Shown: positions 27,137-35,770 of the stretch, one piece after another
Numbering within the stretch: position 1 is the first letter of the stretch
Layout of the letters: each line of letters starts with the position of its first letter
NCBI GenBank assembly: GCA_031411295.1
Contig: JANOAV010000129.1
Span: 1-37,566, forward strand
DNA length: 37,566 nucleotides
Reading direction: 5' to 3'
From: Verrucomicrobiales bacterium
Lineage (GTDB): Bacteria > Verrucomicrobiota > Verrucomicrobiia > Verrucomicrobiales > V1-33
Notes under the pieces: model-generated
Seen by the model: the letters and a program-made list of their open reading frames with translations, nothing else
What the model was told of the DNA's origin: nothing
The model's database searches: none
Made by a program: the position numbers and the translations under genes

Positions 27137-27921
27137 GACTTCGGTTGCTCCGGACTGGGAACTGGGATGGTGGATACATTACTACTGTCCTTGAGGTCCG
27201 GCTTAATGACACATACCGTGACATTATCTTGACGATTTTTTCGCTCCCCTTCCACCGCGTCCACCAGCAACTGCGCAATTTCACCAGCGGGGAGATTCCC
27301 ATGCACTTCCAATTTTCCCGCCAAGCGTTTGGCATCCAGGCTGTTGAGACCATCGCTGGCGCAGACCAGAATATCCCCCGCTTCCAACTCCAGCGCCTCC
27401 TCCGGCGCATCCACTTGGGAAATCTCCCCCCCGGTGAGCGCGGAGACCAGGAACCCTCTGCGGCCTGGGCTATGCTCCGTGGCTGGTTCCGGCTCGCTGG
27501 CATGTTCTTCATTGAGACGGAACAAACTCCGGTTCCGAAACAGATAAAAGGGCGAATCCCCCACGCTGATGTAGTGCATGCGATTCCCGAGCAAGTAGAT
27601 CCCAACGAATGTCGTCCCCATCGCGTCCGGTTCCCCTCCTTGCCGGACGTTCTCCTCATCGATGCGTTCGTTACTAGCCAGCACCGCATCCATCAGGGCC
27701 TGGCGGTGATTCGAGGGGTGCACCTCCATCTTATTAATGAAGGTCACCACTGCCAGCTCACTCGCCACTTCTCCGCGCTCATGCCCACCCATGCCATCAG
27801 CCAAGGCCAAAAGCAGGGGCGCAGTGGGGCCTTCCCCCAGCAGGCAGAACCCGTAGCAGTCTTCCTGGTTCTCCCTGCTGCCGCGGGCTTGACGCCCGGC
27901 AAATGTTATTTCGGTTAGCAT
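27133..27921 (-). CDS. PP2C/PPM Ser/Thr phosphatase (soluble)
   Basis: RENQED, LADGMGGH, MGTT, VGDS, ASDGL, QDNVT; its stop overlaps the next start (ATGA). Confidence 0.93.
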   Translation of the reverse strand: MLTEITFAGRQARGSRENQEDCYGFCLLGEGPTAPLLLALADGMGGHERGEVASELAVVTFINKMEVHPSNHRQALMDAVLASNERIDEENVRQGGEPDAMGTTFVGIYLLGNRMHYISVGDSPFYLFRNRSLFRLNEEHASEPEPATEHSPGRRGFLVSALTGGEISQVDAPEEALELEAGDILVCASDGLNSLDAKRLAGKLEVHGNLPAGEIAQLLVDAVEGERKNRQDNVTVCVIKPDLKDSSNVSTIPVPSPEQPKS

Positions 27922-27996
27922 AAAATGGCGTGCGCAATGGTCAGCGAACATCTCCCTTCCGAGCCGGAAGGAGGTCTTAGATTCGCGTGGGGTTGG

Positions 27997-28593
27997 TTAC
28001 TCCTTGGTTACTTCAGGCTCTGGAGCGGTCCAATCAAAGTCCGGACCACACAGGGGAACAAAGCGCAGATGGGTTTCCCCTAGCTGAAGCATGTCACCCG
28101 CTTTCAGCTCATGTGTTTGCAGCAAGGGCGACTCGTTGATGTAGGTCAGATTGCTGCCGCCCGTGCGTCCGGCATAAAATTTGCGATTCTTGGGATCGTA
28201 AATGATCTCCGCATGGTTCGCACGGGAGATGCCCATGTCCCCAAAATTCAGCACGATGCGGTTACCGTTATCTGCCTCCCGACCGATGGAGTTGATTTGA
28301 TAGCCAATTTTAACGGCGGCCCCACGACCAGCTCCCTTTATGATGACCAACCAGCCTGCCACGGGATCTTCCATGGGGTCATTTTTTTTGCCTGCAGGGC
28401 GCCCCATGAAGACAGTGCGGTTGTCATCCGCAGCGCTGGCACCGCCTTGGGCGGGGGGCTTCAAAGTATCATCCCGCTCCACTTTGCGGGTGACATCTCC
28501 ATAATCAACGGGCTGTGGCGGATTGCTGTTGCCGCCCCAAGGTAAGTCGGTGCGTTGAATTAAACGGGTTCTGGTGTTTTCGGTGTCGCTCAT
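27997..28593 (-). CDS. FHA domain protein with disordered Thr-motif N-terminus
   Basis: PVAGWLVIIKG.GRG, SIGRE, ISRANH, SNLTYIN, GDMLQLGET.LRFVPLCG.DFDW. Confidence 0.88.
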   Translation of the reverse strand: MSDTENTRTRLIQRTDLPWGGNSNPPQPVDYGDVTRKVERDDTLKPPAQGGASAADDNRTVFMGRPAGKKNDPMEDPVAGWLVIIKGAGRGAAVKIGYQINSIGREADNGNRIVLNFGDMGISRANHAEIIYDPKNRKFYAGRTGGSNLTYINESPLLQTHELKAGDMLQLGETHLRFVPLCGPDFDWTAPEPEVTKE

Positions 28594-28625
28594 AATCGTG
28601 GGTTGGGTTAGTGATGGGATGGTGA

Positions 28626-29387
28626 TTAGTTTCCGACGTGAAGTCGGCTGATGAGATGATCCAGACAATACTGACCGGAGCGGTTCAGGGTGCTCTCCTC
28701 CCGCCCTTGGATGATATGCATCACGAGCAGCAGGACGCTGGCCATGAGGAGTGCCAGCAGGGTGGTATCAAATGCTACTGCCAGTGATTTCGTAACATCA
28801 CTCAGCAGCGTGGCACTCTGCGGATTGGCTGCCCCCGTGACATCCAGCGCATCACTGATGCCTTTAACGGTGCCGATGAATCCCAAGCTGGGAATCAACC
28901 ACATGATATACCGCAGCATATTGTAGCCCAACTCCAGCTCGTGCATGAACAAATCCAAGCTGGAATTTAGCAGACTGTGGGCTTGATCCGTGGCTTTGGT
29001 GGATTGGAAGAGCAGGATGACGCGCTGGATTAAGCGGGGGAGGAAATGTCCCTCCTGAGCCGCCTGGGCCGCACGCTGATATACCGGGATCAAGTTTTTG
29101 GCGTGGAGCATGGCATGAGGATCTTCCGGCAGATATCCCGCGGATAACTGTCCACGTTCCTTGGCTGTTAGGATAATGCGGACCAGTAATTCTCCAGCCC
29201 CAATGAAGAACACAACCCACATGATGTTTTGCACGGTCATGGGGTAACTAGTGCTGCGGCGGTCCAGCAACATGCGAGCGGCATAGCCCTCCCGATCCAA
29301 CCCCACATGGAGCAGGCCAATAAAGAGGACTGCCACCACCACCATGGTAACGAGGATGATCAAGCGCAGCAGGGTATAGGATTTCAT
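28626..29387 (-). CDS. MotA/TolQ/ExbB proton channel family protein
   Basis: IMWLIPSLGFIGTVKGISDAL and LAVAFDTTLLALLMASVL match the family's conserved TM pair. Confidence 0.92.
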   Translation of the reverse strand: MKSYTLLRLIILVTMVVVAVLFIGLLHVGLDREGYAARMLLDRRSTSYPMTVQNIMWVVFFIGAGELLVRIILTAKERGQLSAGYLPEDPHAMLHAKNLIPVYQRAAQAAQEGHFLPRLIQRVILLFQSTKATDQAHSLLNSSLDLFMHELELGYNMLRYIMWLIPSLGFIGTVKGISDALDVTGAANPQSATLLSDVTKSLAVAFDTTLLALLMASVLLLVMHIIQGREESTLNRSGQYCLDHLISRLHVGN

Positions 29388-29398
29388 GATTTAATGGA

Positions 29399-29773
29399 TT
29401 AGAAACGGGGACGAAATTCCACTTCGCCTGTCTCCGGATTGCGCCATGGTTCCAACACGGTCCGATTGGCCGGTGCCTCGACGTTTGTGGATTCATGCCG
29501 GGGACGATGCGGCAGGCGATTCAACAACTCCTTGAGCCGCACCACGCTGGAACCGAATTTCACCACCTCATCCAAGCGGACGGTGTCCTGTTTGATGCGC
29601 TCCCACTGCCCCCGCCGATGCACGAAAGTTCCGTTGGAGCTGTTGCAATCGACCAGATAGTAATTCCGACCATCATCGCTCACCGTGAGTTCAGCATGGC
29701 GTTTGCTGACGGTTTTTTCCTGATCCTCAATGATGATATCCATGTTCCTGCGTCCGATGGAGTAAATGTCCAT
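29399..29773 (-). CDS. Small FHA domain protein
   Basis: SIGR, VSKRHA, DCNSSNGTFV, VKFG; C-terminal WRNPETGEV tail. Confidence 0.9.
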   Translation of the reverse strand: MDIYSIGRRNMDIIIEDQEKTVSKRHAELTVSDDGRNYYLVDCNSSNGTFVHRRGQWERIKQDTVRLDEVVKFGSSVVRLKELLNRLPHRPRHESTNVEAPANRTVLEPWRNPETGEVEFRPRF

Positions 29774-29789
29774 ATAGTGCCTCCGGTGA

Positions 29790-31421
29790 TTAGATGCCGC
29801 TCTTGTTAAGGATGATGCGCAGGCGCACTTCCCCAATTTCGATGAGATCATCATCCTTCAGCACGCAGTGGGCCACGCGCTTGGTATTGACGTAGACCCC
29901 GTTGGCAGAATTGAGATCCGTGATCTCTGGCGTGCCATCCCGCCGCCGATGAATCGAAGCATGATGCGCGGACACGCTGTCGTTGATGATGCGGACGTCA
30001 TTATCCTTATGCCGGCCGATTCCCAGGGTGTTGCGAGAAATCGGGTGGCGCGGTCCCGGGTTGCCCTCTTTGTCCATTTCCTGGAGCCATCCAAACATAA
30101 TTTTCGTCACATCATCCGGCACCTCCACACTCTCATGCATGGGTGGCGGCATCAACTCTGTGCTGAGGTCGCTCGCCGCGTCGTTTGGTCCCCAACTATT
30201 TTCCGGAGCTTGGGGCCACTCGAAGACCGGTGGCGCTTCCTCCTGCTTCGGCTTGCGGGACAGGCGCACGATCAGCCATGTGAGCAGGCTGAGCAATACC
30301 AATCCACCTCCACCCACCGCCGGCCAGAACCATGGTTGTTGCGTGATTGAGGGCGGCTTCTGACCCGCGTCCGCAGCAGCGACTACAGGCGCAGCAGGGG
30401 TGCCGGCTGCCTTGTCGGGCTTGTTTTTTTCCTCTTCTTCACGTTTTTTCTTCTGCTCCTCTGTCTCTGGCGGGGGCACTGCCGCTGGCACTTCGATTTC
30501 TTTATCCAGCGTGCTGTATTGATTGTTAGCCAAATCAAACCGCAGGGCTAATTTCTGTTTACCCGCCGGAATGTCCTTCAGGTCGAGGGCGATCCGGGCA
30601 GTTCCCTTTAACATGGCTTGGACCAAGGTTGGGAAATCGCTCTTCGTCTTGTGGGAAACTGCGTCCGTCTCAATGAACGAAGCGAACGTTTCCTTCGCCA
30701 CTCGGCGCATACTATCCCATTTCGACTGCTGGGGTTCATTTTCGGCAAACCCAATCGCATAAACCGGAATCCCCAATGCTTTGGCATGCTTGATCACACC
30801 ATCTGGGTTGTAGGTCTGATCCGTAGTCGGGGAGGCAATGCCATCAGACATGAGCACCAAAATTTTGCGTTTCGCTTCCTTGGGCTCGTTTTTCAATAAA
30901 TCCAGCCCTTCATACGTGCAGCGCCAGATCTGTGAGGATTGGTCGTTCCCCGGAATACCGTTGAGCGCAGCGGTGCGGGAAGCCTCGGAGGTCTTACTGT
31001 CCCACCAGTCGAAGTGACGCAAATTACTGCCGATGGTCCCCACGCCGACCGTCCATTTTTTGAAGACCAGCGCATTGGCGGTGGCTTTAATGACTTCGGA
31101 TCCGGCGGCAATTTGGCGCTTCCGCATTGTTTGCTGCGAATCGCTGATGTCGATGAGAAAATACACGGCGGTGGCACCATCGTCGGCGTCAGCCGGGGTG
31201 ATCGTGACGGGCACCGTCTTGTCCCCGATGGTCGCATCCAGCTTTTGAATCGGTGTCGGGGGGTCAATCACTCTCACCGCGAACTCCGCCTTCGGGGGCG
31301 TGCCCACAATCTGGATTTGATCTTGTTCCAATACCACAGAGACCAGGGCATAACTTACAACAGGATGGAGGAGCAACGCGCACAATCCTAAACGGCGTGC
31401 AGTTTTCGTGGAATAGATCAT
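29790..31421 (-). CDS. Secreted vWA domain + TM + cytoplasmic FHA protein
   Basis: Signal peptide; FLIDISDS, VLMSDG, IPVYAIG; TM WPAVGGGGLVLLSLLTWLIV; IGRH, VSAHHA, DLNSANGVYVN. Confidence 0.9.
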   Translation of the reverse strand: MIYSTKTARRLGLCALLLHPVVSYALVSVVLEQDQIQIVGTPPKAEFAVRVIDPPTPIQKLDATIGDKTVPVTITPADADDGATAVYFLIDISDSQQTMRKRQIAAGSEVIKATANALVFKKWTVGVGTIGSNLRHFDWWDSKTSEASRTAALNGIPGNDQSSQIWRCTYEGLDLLKNEPKEAKRKILVLMSDGIASPTTDQTYNPDGVIKHAKALGIPVYAIGFAENEPQQSKWDSMRRVAKETFASFIETDAVSHKTKSDFPTLVQAMLKGTARIALDLKDIPAGKQKLALRFDLANNQYSTLDKEIEVPAAVPPPETEEQKKKREEEEKNKPDKAAGTPAAPVVAAADAGQKPPSITQQPWFWPAVGGGGLVLLSLLTWLIVRLSRKPKQEEAPPVFEWPQAPENSWGPNDAASDLSTELMPPPMHESVEVPDDVTKIMFGWLQEMDKEGNPGPRHPISRNTLGIGRHKDNDVRIINDSVSAHHASIHRRRDGTPEITDLNSANGVYVNTKRVAHCVLKDDDLIEIGEVRLRIILNKSGI

Positions 31422-31584
31422 GGGATGAAGTGGATGAATGGGTGATAAAATCGAAACAGGTCCACTCATCTCTGTTCCCGGAATTCCCCCGATGACAGTT
31501 CTTCCTCAAAAAATTCCGAAAAATTTCCCTGCCGCAGCAGCACCTGCAGAAAAGTGGTCCGCCCTGCGAACTGCGCAGACGGCC

Positions 31585-32331
31585 TCAAGGCTTGGCCGCT
31601 TCCGCGTTCCACACTTTGATATCGTCATAGAAACCATCTTTGCCAGCCACCCCAAGCTCAATTTTCGATTTGGTGGCATGACCGATCCCAGATGATTTCA
31701 GATAGGCGGCAGGTTTTCCATCAAGGCTAACCCGCATGGCATCATCCACCGTCTCGACGCGGAGGACATACCATTTTCCCGTCTCCAGCTTGACCGGATA
31801 CGTCACCCTGCGACCTTGCAGCAGCTTCGCCAGTTCTTCCTTTTTACTGGGATCTTTCCCCATCTCCCGTAATTCGTTTTTCATCCCCCCGTCGCGCTCA
31901 TCTATAATCGTGACCCCATCGAGGCGAACCTGTGCGCGGCAGAGATGGCCGTAGTGGGCTCCGGTGTATTTCCGGTCATCGAACTCCACATCAATCATCG
32001 TGGCCCCCTCAAAGCGAATTTTCACCTCAATCACGCTGTCCTTGGTCGGAATCTCCAGTCCATGCACCGCGGCATGCGCCGTAATCGCTGGCTTCCCATC
32101 CGCGGCGGGGATTTCTTTGTCGCGGGTCTGGGTGCCTTTGAGTGTGCCCTTTTCAACGGTAAATGTGTCCACTACTTTGTGCCAGACCTTGGCTGGGGTT
32201 TCCCCTGCAAAATCATCTGAGAACAGCAGTTCTTTCGGAGTCGCGATGGGTTTTTGGGGAATAGCAGGGAGTCCCCCCCAAGCGCAGGCAAGGGATCCGA
32301 GGGTGAGGGCAGCGAACAGAAGATAGTTCAT
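31585..32331 (-). CDS. Secreted hypothetical protein, ConA-like/DUF1080-like beta-sandwich
   Basis: Signal peptide; LLFSDDF, GKWYVLRVE, VSLDGK, YDDIKVW. Confidence 0.7.
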   Translation of the reverse strand: MNYLLFAALTLGSLACAWGGLPAIPQKPIATPKELLFSDDFAGETPAKVWHKVVDTFTVEKGTLKGTQTRDKEIPAADGKPAITAHAAVHGLEIPTKDSVIEVKIRFEGATMIDVEFDDRKYTGAHYGHLCRAQVRLDGVTIIDERDGGMKNELREMGKDPSKKEELAKLLQGRRVTYPVKLETGKWYVLRVETVDDAMRVSLDGKPAAYLKSSGIGHATKSKIELGVAGKDGFYDDIKVWNAEAAKP

Positions 32332-32624
32332 GGGATATTGGGTTAGGGTGAGATTCATGGAATAGGTTCTATTCGTCCTCAGGATTCGGCGGACGCAACG
32401 AGGATCTATCGTCTGCCTACAACCCATTCGCGGATCACCCCCAGCATTTCCGGACCACGTGACAAAACATTTCCCCAGCCCGCACCTTAAGAAATGTCCC
32501 CTTCTGGCCCAAAATCTGCATATCAACCTAAGCATCAACGTTCCGATCGGGTCGCTCTGAACAGTCTTCGGGAAAGGATGCTGTGGTCAGATCGATCTGA
32601 GTCATTACCAACGACCAGCCCATT

Positions 32625-33071
32625 ATGAAAGCCAAAACGAAAACAACCGACGCAGCCGAAGTCCCCGCCCCGGTGCCAGCAAAATTGCCGAAAGCCAAGC
32701 TTCCAGCAACCAAAGTCCTCGCAGCCAAGGCTCCGAAGACCGCCCTCAAGAGCACTCCTGTGGCCGCCAAGCGCAGTCCCCGCAAGAAATCCGCCGCCAC
32801 CTCCAGCCCGGGGGAAATCATCCTCATTGCCCAAGTCGATGTCGGTCTGGGCAACACCTTATATTTTCGCGGCTGGGGCGGCGGTTTACGCTGGGATGCG
32901 GGAACCCCCGCCGTATGCGAAGGCGAGAATCGCTGGGTGCTGAAATTAACCGAAGTGGCCGAGCCAGTTCATTTCAAAGTCCTCATCAACGACGACCTTT
33001 GGAGCGCAGGCCCCGACCTGACCGCCACTCCGAGCGCAGCCGTAGAATTTAACCCCAGCTGGCCTTCCTGA
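32625..33071 (+). CDS. Lys/Ala-rich N-terminus + CBM20-like beta domain
   Basis: AKAPK-rich region, then VDVGLGNTLYFRG...LRWDAG...W.....FKVLIND..WS.G. Confidence 0.7.
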   Translation: MKAKTKTTDAAEVPAPVPAKLPKAKLPATKVLAAKAPKTALKSTPVAAKRSPRKKSAATSSPGEIILIAQVDVGLGNTLYFRGWGGGLRWDAGTPAVCEGENRWVLKLTEVAEPVHFKVLINDDLWSAGPDLTATPSAAVEFNPSWPS

Positions 33072-33209
33072 CCAGCCATCGCCTTGGGATTGGTAGGTGG
33101 GGTATCGCTTCTGAACCGGCACCCGCAGTCAGCTCCAGCCATTTTGAAGTTGCGAGAAGGAACCCGTGGACTACGAATGGACCTGTCTAAATTGAAAACA
33201 ATATTCGAT

Positions 33210-34472
33210 ATGAAATTTGCCTGCCTATCCCTAATTATTGCTTGCCAGTGTGCCTTTGCAGCGGAGCCCACCTTCGAGGTTTGGTCCTATACGGGCACCG
33301 ACATTTATCCCAGCGCGTTGATCGCCACCGCCACGGTTAATTGGCATGAGGAGGAAAACACGGAGGCAGAGCCGGACGCGAAATCCAAGGAAAAGGGTAA
33401 AGCGAAGGCCGCAAAAGAGGAACCAGTCGAGCCCCTGCTGCTGGGCGATGCCAACGGTTGGGTCGGTGCCCGCATTTTCGATGTGCCCAAGGGAGCGAAG
33501 ATCAGTTGCGTGGCCTCAGGCGATGGATGGCTCAAGCCTTCCAAAGTTGAGGTCACGGTCGAGGAGGACGCCGAAGAGATCATCCTGCTGCCGAAGAGCA
33601 TTTTTGACTATGATGCGCTGCATAAGATCAAGCAGCAGAAACCAGCCAATTTGAACATCAAATTGAGCATTAATGGCAAGGCTCTACCGGAGCAGAATGA
33701 AACGATCACCCTCCGCAGTATCAATGAGTGCCCATTTTACGTGCTCTTTGGCGAAGATCAGCCGCCGGATGATCTGACGTGGATGTTTGCCGCTTACGTG
33801 AACGAGAACCACCCCAAGATTGATGCCATTTTGAAAGAGGCTTTGGATGCAGAGCTGGTGCCCGCGTTCGATGGGTATCAAAGCGGTGACCCCCAGCAAG
33901 TTATTGCCCAAGTCTTTGCCATTTGGAATGTCATGCAGCGACATGGTATCAAATACAGCGACATCACCAACACTCCGAAGAGCAAATTCGCCATTGCCCA
34001 GACCGTCCGTTTCCTAGATGACACCATTGGGGCGTCCCAAGCCAATTGCGTGGATGGCAGCGTCATTTTTGCCTCCATCCTCACGAAACTCAGCATCAAA
34101 TGCGGCCTCGTTCTGGCCCCGGGACATTGCTTCCTTTGCTTTGACCTCGACCCGGATGGCGAGCTAGACCCCACCAGTGACACCTGCATCGGCCTGGAAA
34201 CCACTCTGATGGGCTCCAACCAACTCAAACCCGTGGCCGAACTCAAAAAACTCCCTGCCAAGGTCAAATCGAAAGTTGCCCAGCAGGAAGGCAAAGCCAG
34301 TGCCGACACGTTCCTCAACGCCATCGGAACCGCAGGCGAAGTCTTTGCCACACACGGAGAAGAGTTTGATCAAGACGGATCACCCTATCAAATCATCCCC
34401 ATTTCCGACGCCCGGGAAATGGGCATCATGCCTATTGCCGCAGATACGACGGTTCAAGTTAATCCAAAATGA
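33210..34472 (+). CDS. Secreted protein with transglutaminase-like (Cys-His-acid) domain
   Basis: Signal peptide; AAYVNENHP, QTVRF, ANCVDGSVIFAS, PGHCFL, LETT. Confidence 0.72.
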   Translation: MKFACLSLIIACQCAFAAEPTFEVWSYTGTDIYPSALIATATVNWHEEENTEAEPDAKSKEKGKAKAAKEEPVEPLLLGDANGWVGARIFDVPKGAKISCVASGDGWLKPSKVEVTVEEDAEEIILLPKSIFDYDALHKIKQQKPANLNIKLSINGKALPEQNETITLRSINECPFYVLFGEDQPPDDLTWMFAAYVNENHPKIDAILKEALDAELVPAFDGYQSGDPQQVIAQVFAIWNVMQRHGIKYSDITNTPKSKFAIAQTVRFLDDTIGASQANCVDGSVIFASILTKLSIKCGLVLAPGHCFLCFDLDPDGELDPTSDTCIGLETTLMGSNQLKPVAELKKLPAKVKSKVAQQEGKASADTFLNAIGTAGEVFATHGEEFDQDGSPYQIIPISDAREMGIMPIAADTTVQVNPK

Positions 34473-35695
34473 AGCGAGCCCTACTTATACTGGTAGGTAT
34501 CTTGCTTAGTGTTCTTGGTTGGCGTCTCTCTGGGGTGCTTTATGGAACAGACCATCACAAGGAATCTCATCTGGATCAAAAGCCGGTCCGAACCCAAGGA
34601 ACAGCTCCCTCCATCAAAGATGCTCACGATCCTGCACCACAGGCACCTCCAGACGGACTCAATCTTAAGGTTAAAGGATGGCTTAAACTGGATACAGATC
34701 TCGAGAACGATTTAGCAACCTCCTTACGCACAGCCCTAGCTAGAGTAATCGCGCTTAATGACGTTGACGAAGAAGTTCGTGCACTCGGGCATTTAATACA
34801 AAAGATGAACGCTGTGCACATTCCCGAAATGCTAACATTTTTGTTAGGTCGGTATAAAGGCGAGACTCTAGCAAATCTTATGGTTGTCGCTGGCGGTCGA
34901 GCTGGGCTGCTTGGAAGCTCATTAACGAATCTCTTGGATCAGTTGCCCCCAGGATCTTCCAGAAATGGGTTTTTAGATGGTTTCCTTCATGGTATCCCAC
35001 CGAAGAATTTCATCCAACACTGGGAACAATTGGATGGATTGAACTCCAAAGATGATAGGGAGATTCTAGGGACATTTCTCTCGTTCACCAATTCGGATAT
35101 CACATCAGAATCGGGTGTTGAGGAAGTGAAAGCACTATTGTCCCAGACACGAAGTTACTATCTAAAAAACTTGCTACTTAAAACTCTCGGCAAGAAGATG
35201 ACGTCGACCGCCGAACCGTCGAATTCTCTCAAGCAGTTATTACCATCAATACCGCCCGAACAACAAAACGTGGTAGTCGGGGCGATGCTTGAAGAAACCA
35301 CCAAATCTAATTCAGAATTGGCGCTCTCCAAAATTGCCCAATTTGGTCAGGATTTCCCGGATTTTGACTTAAATGGAAACGCTCTGGGAGGGGCCTTGGA
35401 TGGCGTCATCCGAAAAAAACCCGACGACACCGCAAAATGGGCGTTTGACCTGCCAGTCAGCAAGTTTAGGAATACAGTCATCCAACGAGTTGTGCATGTC
35501 TGGTTTTCTTCGGAACCAGAGCAATTGTCCCAATGGATCAATACTTTACCTGTGGGAGATAATAAGGATACAGCCATAGTGCGCATGGTTCAGAATCTCA
35601 ACCTGAAAACCGAACGAGATTTGATCGATGTGTGGCTTAAACAAGTGAACAACAAGAAGAACTTGGAATTAATGAGACAGACAGAAAACAATTAG
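34469..35695 (+). CDS. Hypothetical membrane-anchored helical-repeat protein
   Basis: 408-aa ORF overlapping the upstream stop (ATGA); N-terminal TM; P.....W...LP....R/K...I repeats. Confidence 0.7.
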   Translation: MKRALLILVGILLSVLGWRLSGVLYGTDHHKESHLDQKPVRTQGTAPSIKDAHDPAPQAPPDGLNLKVKGWLKLDTDLENDLATSLRTALARVIALNDVDEEVRALGHLIQKMNAVHIPEMLTFLLGRYKGETLANLMVVAGGRAGLLGSSLTNLLDQLPPGSSRNGFLDGFLHGIPPKNFIQHWEQLDGLNSKDDREILGTFLSFTNSDITSESGVEEVKALLSQTRSYYLKNLLLKTLGKKMTSTAEPSNSLKQLLPSIPPEQQNVVVGAMLEETTKSNSELALSKIAQFGQDFPDFDLNGNALGGALDGVIRKKPDDTAKWAFDLPVSKFRNTVIQRVVHVWFSSEPEQLSQWINTLPVGDNKDTAIVRMVQNLNLKTERDLIDVWLKQVNNKKNLELMRQTENN

Positions 35696-35770
35696 CCTCT
35701 AACATTCAATGTTTATAGGAAAAAAATCAAGAGAGACCGTTTTTGTAGCCATCTTGATTCCTTCGCAGGC

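Noticed and set aside
25247..27918. Long plus-strand ORFs (293, 177 and 257 aa) and similar shadows elsewhere
   Set aside because: They are antisense to well-supported genes, as expected in GC-rich DNA, and contain no motifs.
26345..29387. Canonical Zorya, Tol-Pal, TonB or flagellar stator
   Set aside because: The A subunit lacks the long ZorA tail; there is no OmpA-like B domain, ZorC/D/E, TolA/B, TonB or flagellar gene.
9856..31421. Type VI secretion regulatory cluster (PpkA/PppA/Fha)
   Set aside because: No TssB/C, Hcp, VgrG, TssL/M or ClpV-like genes are present.
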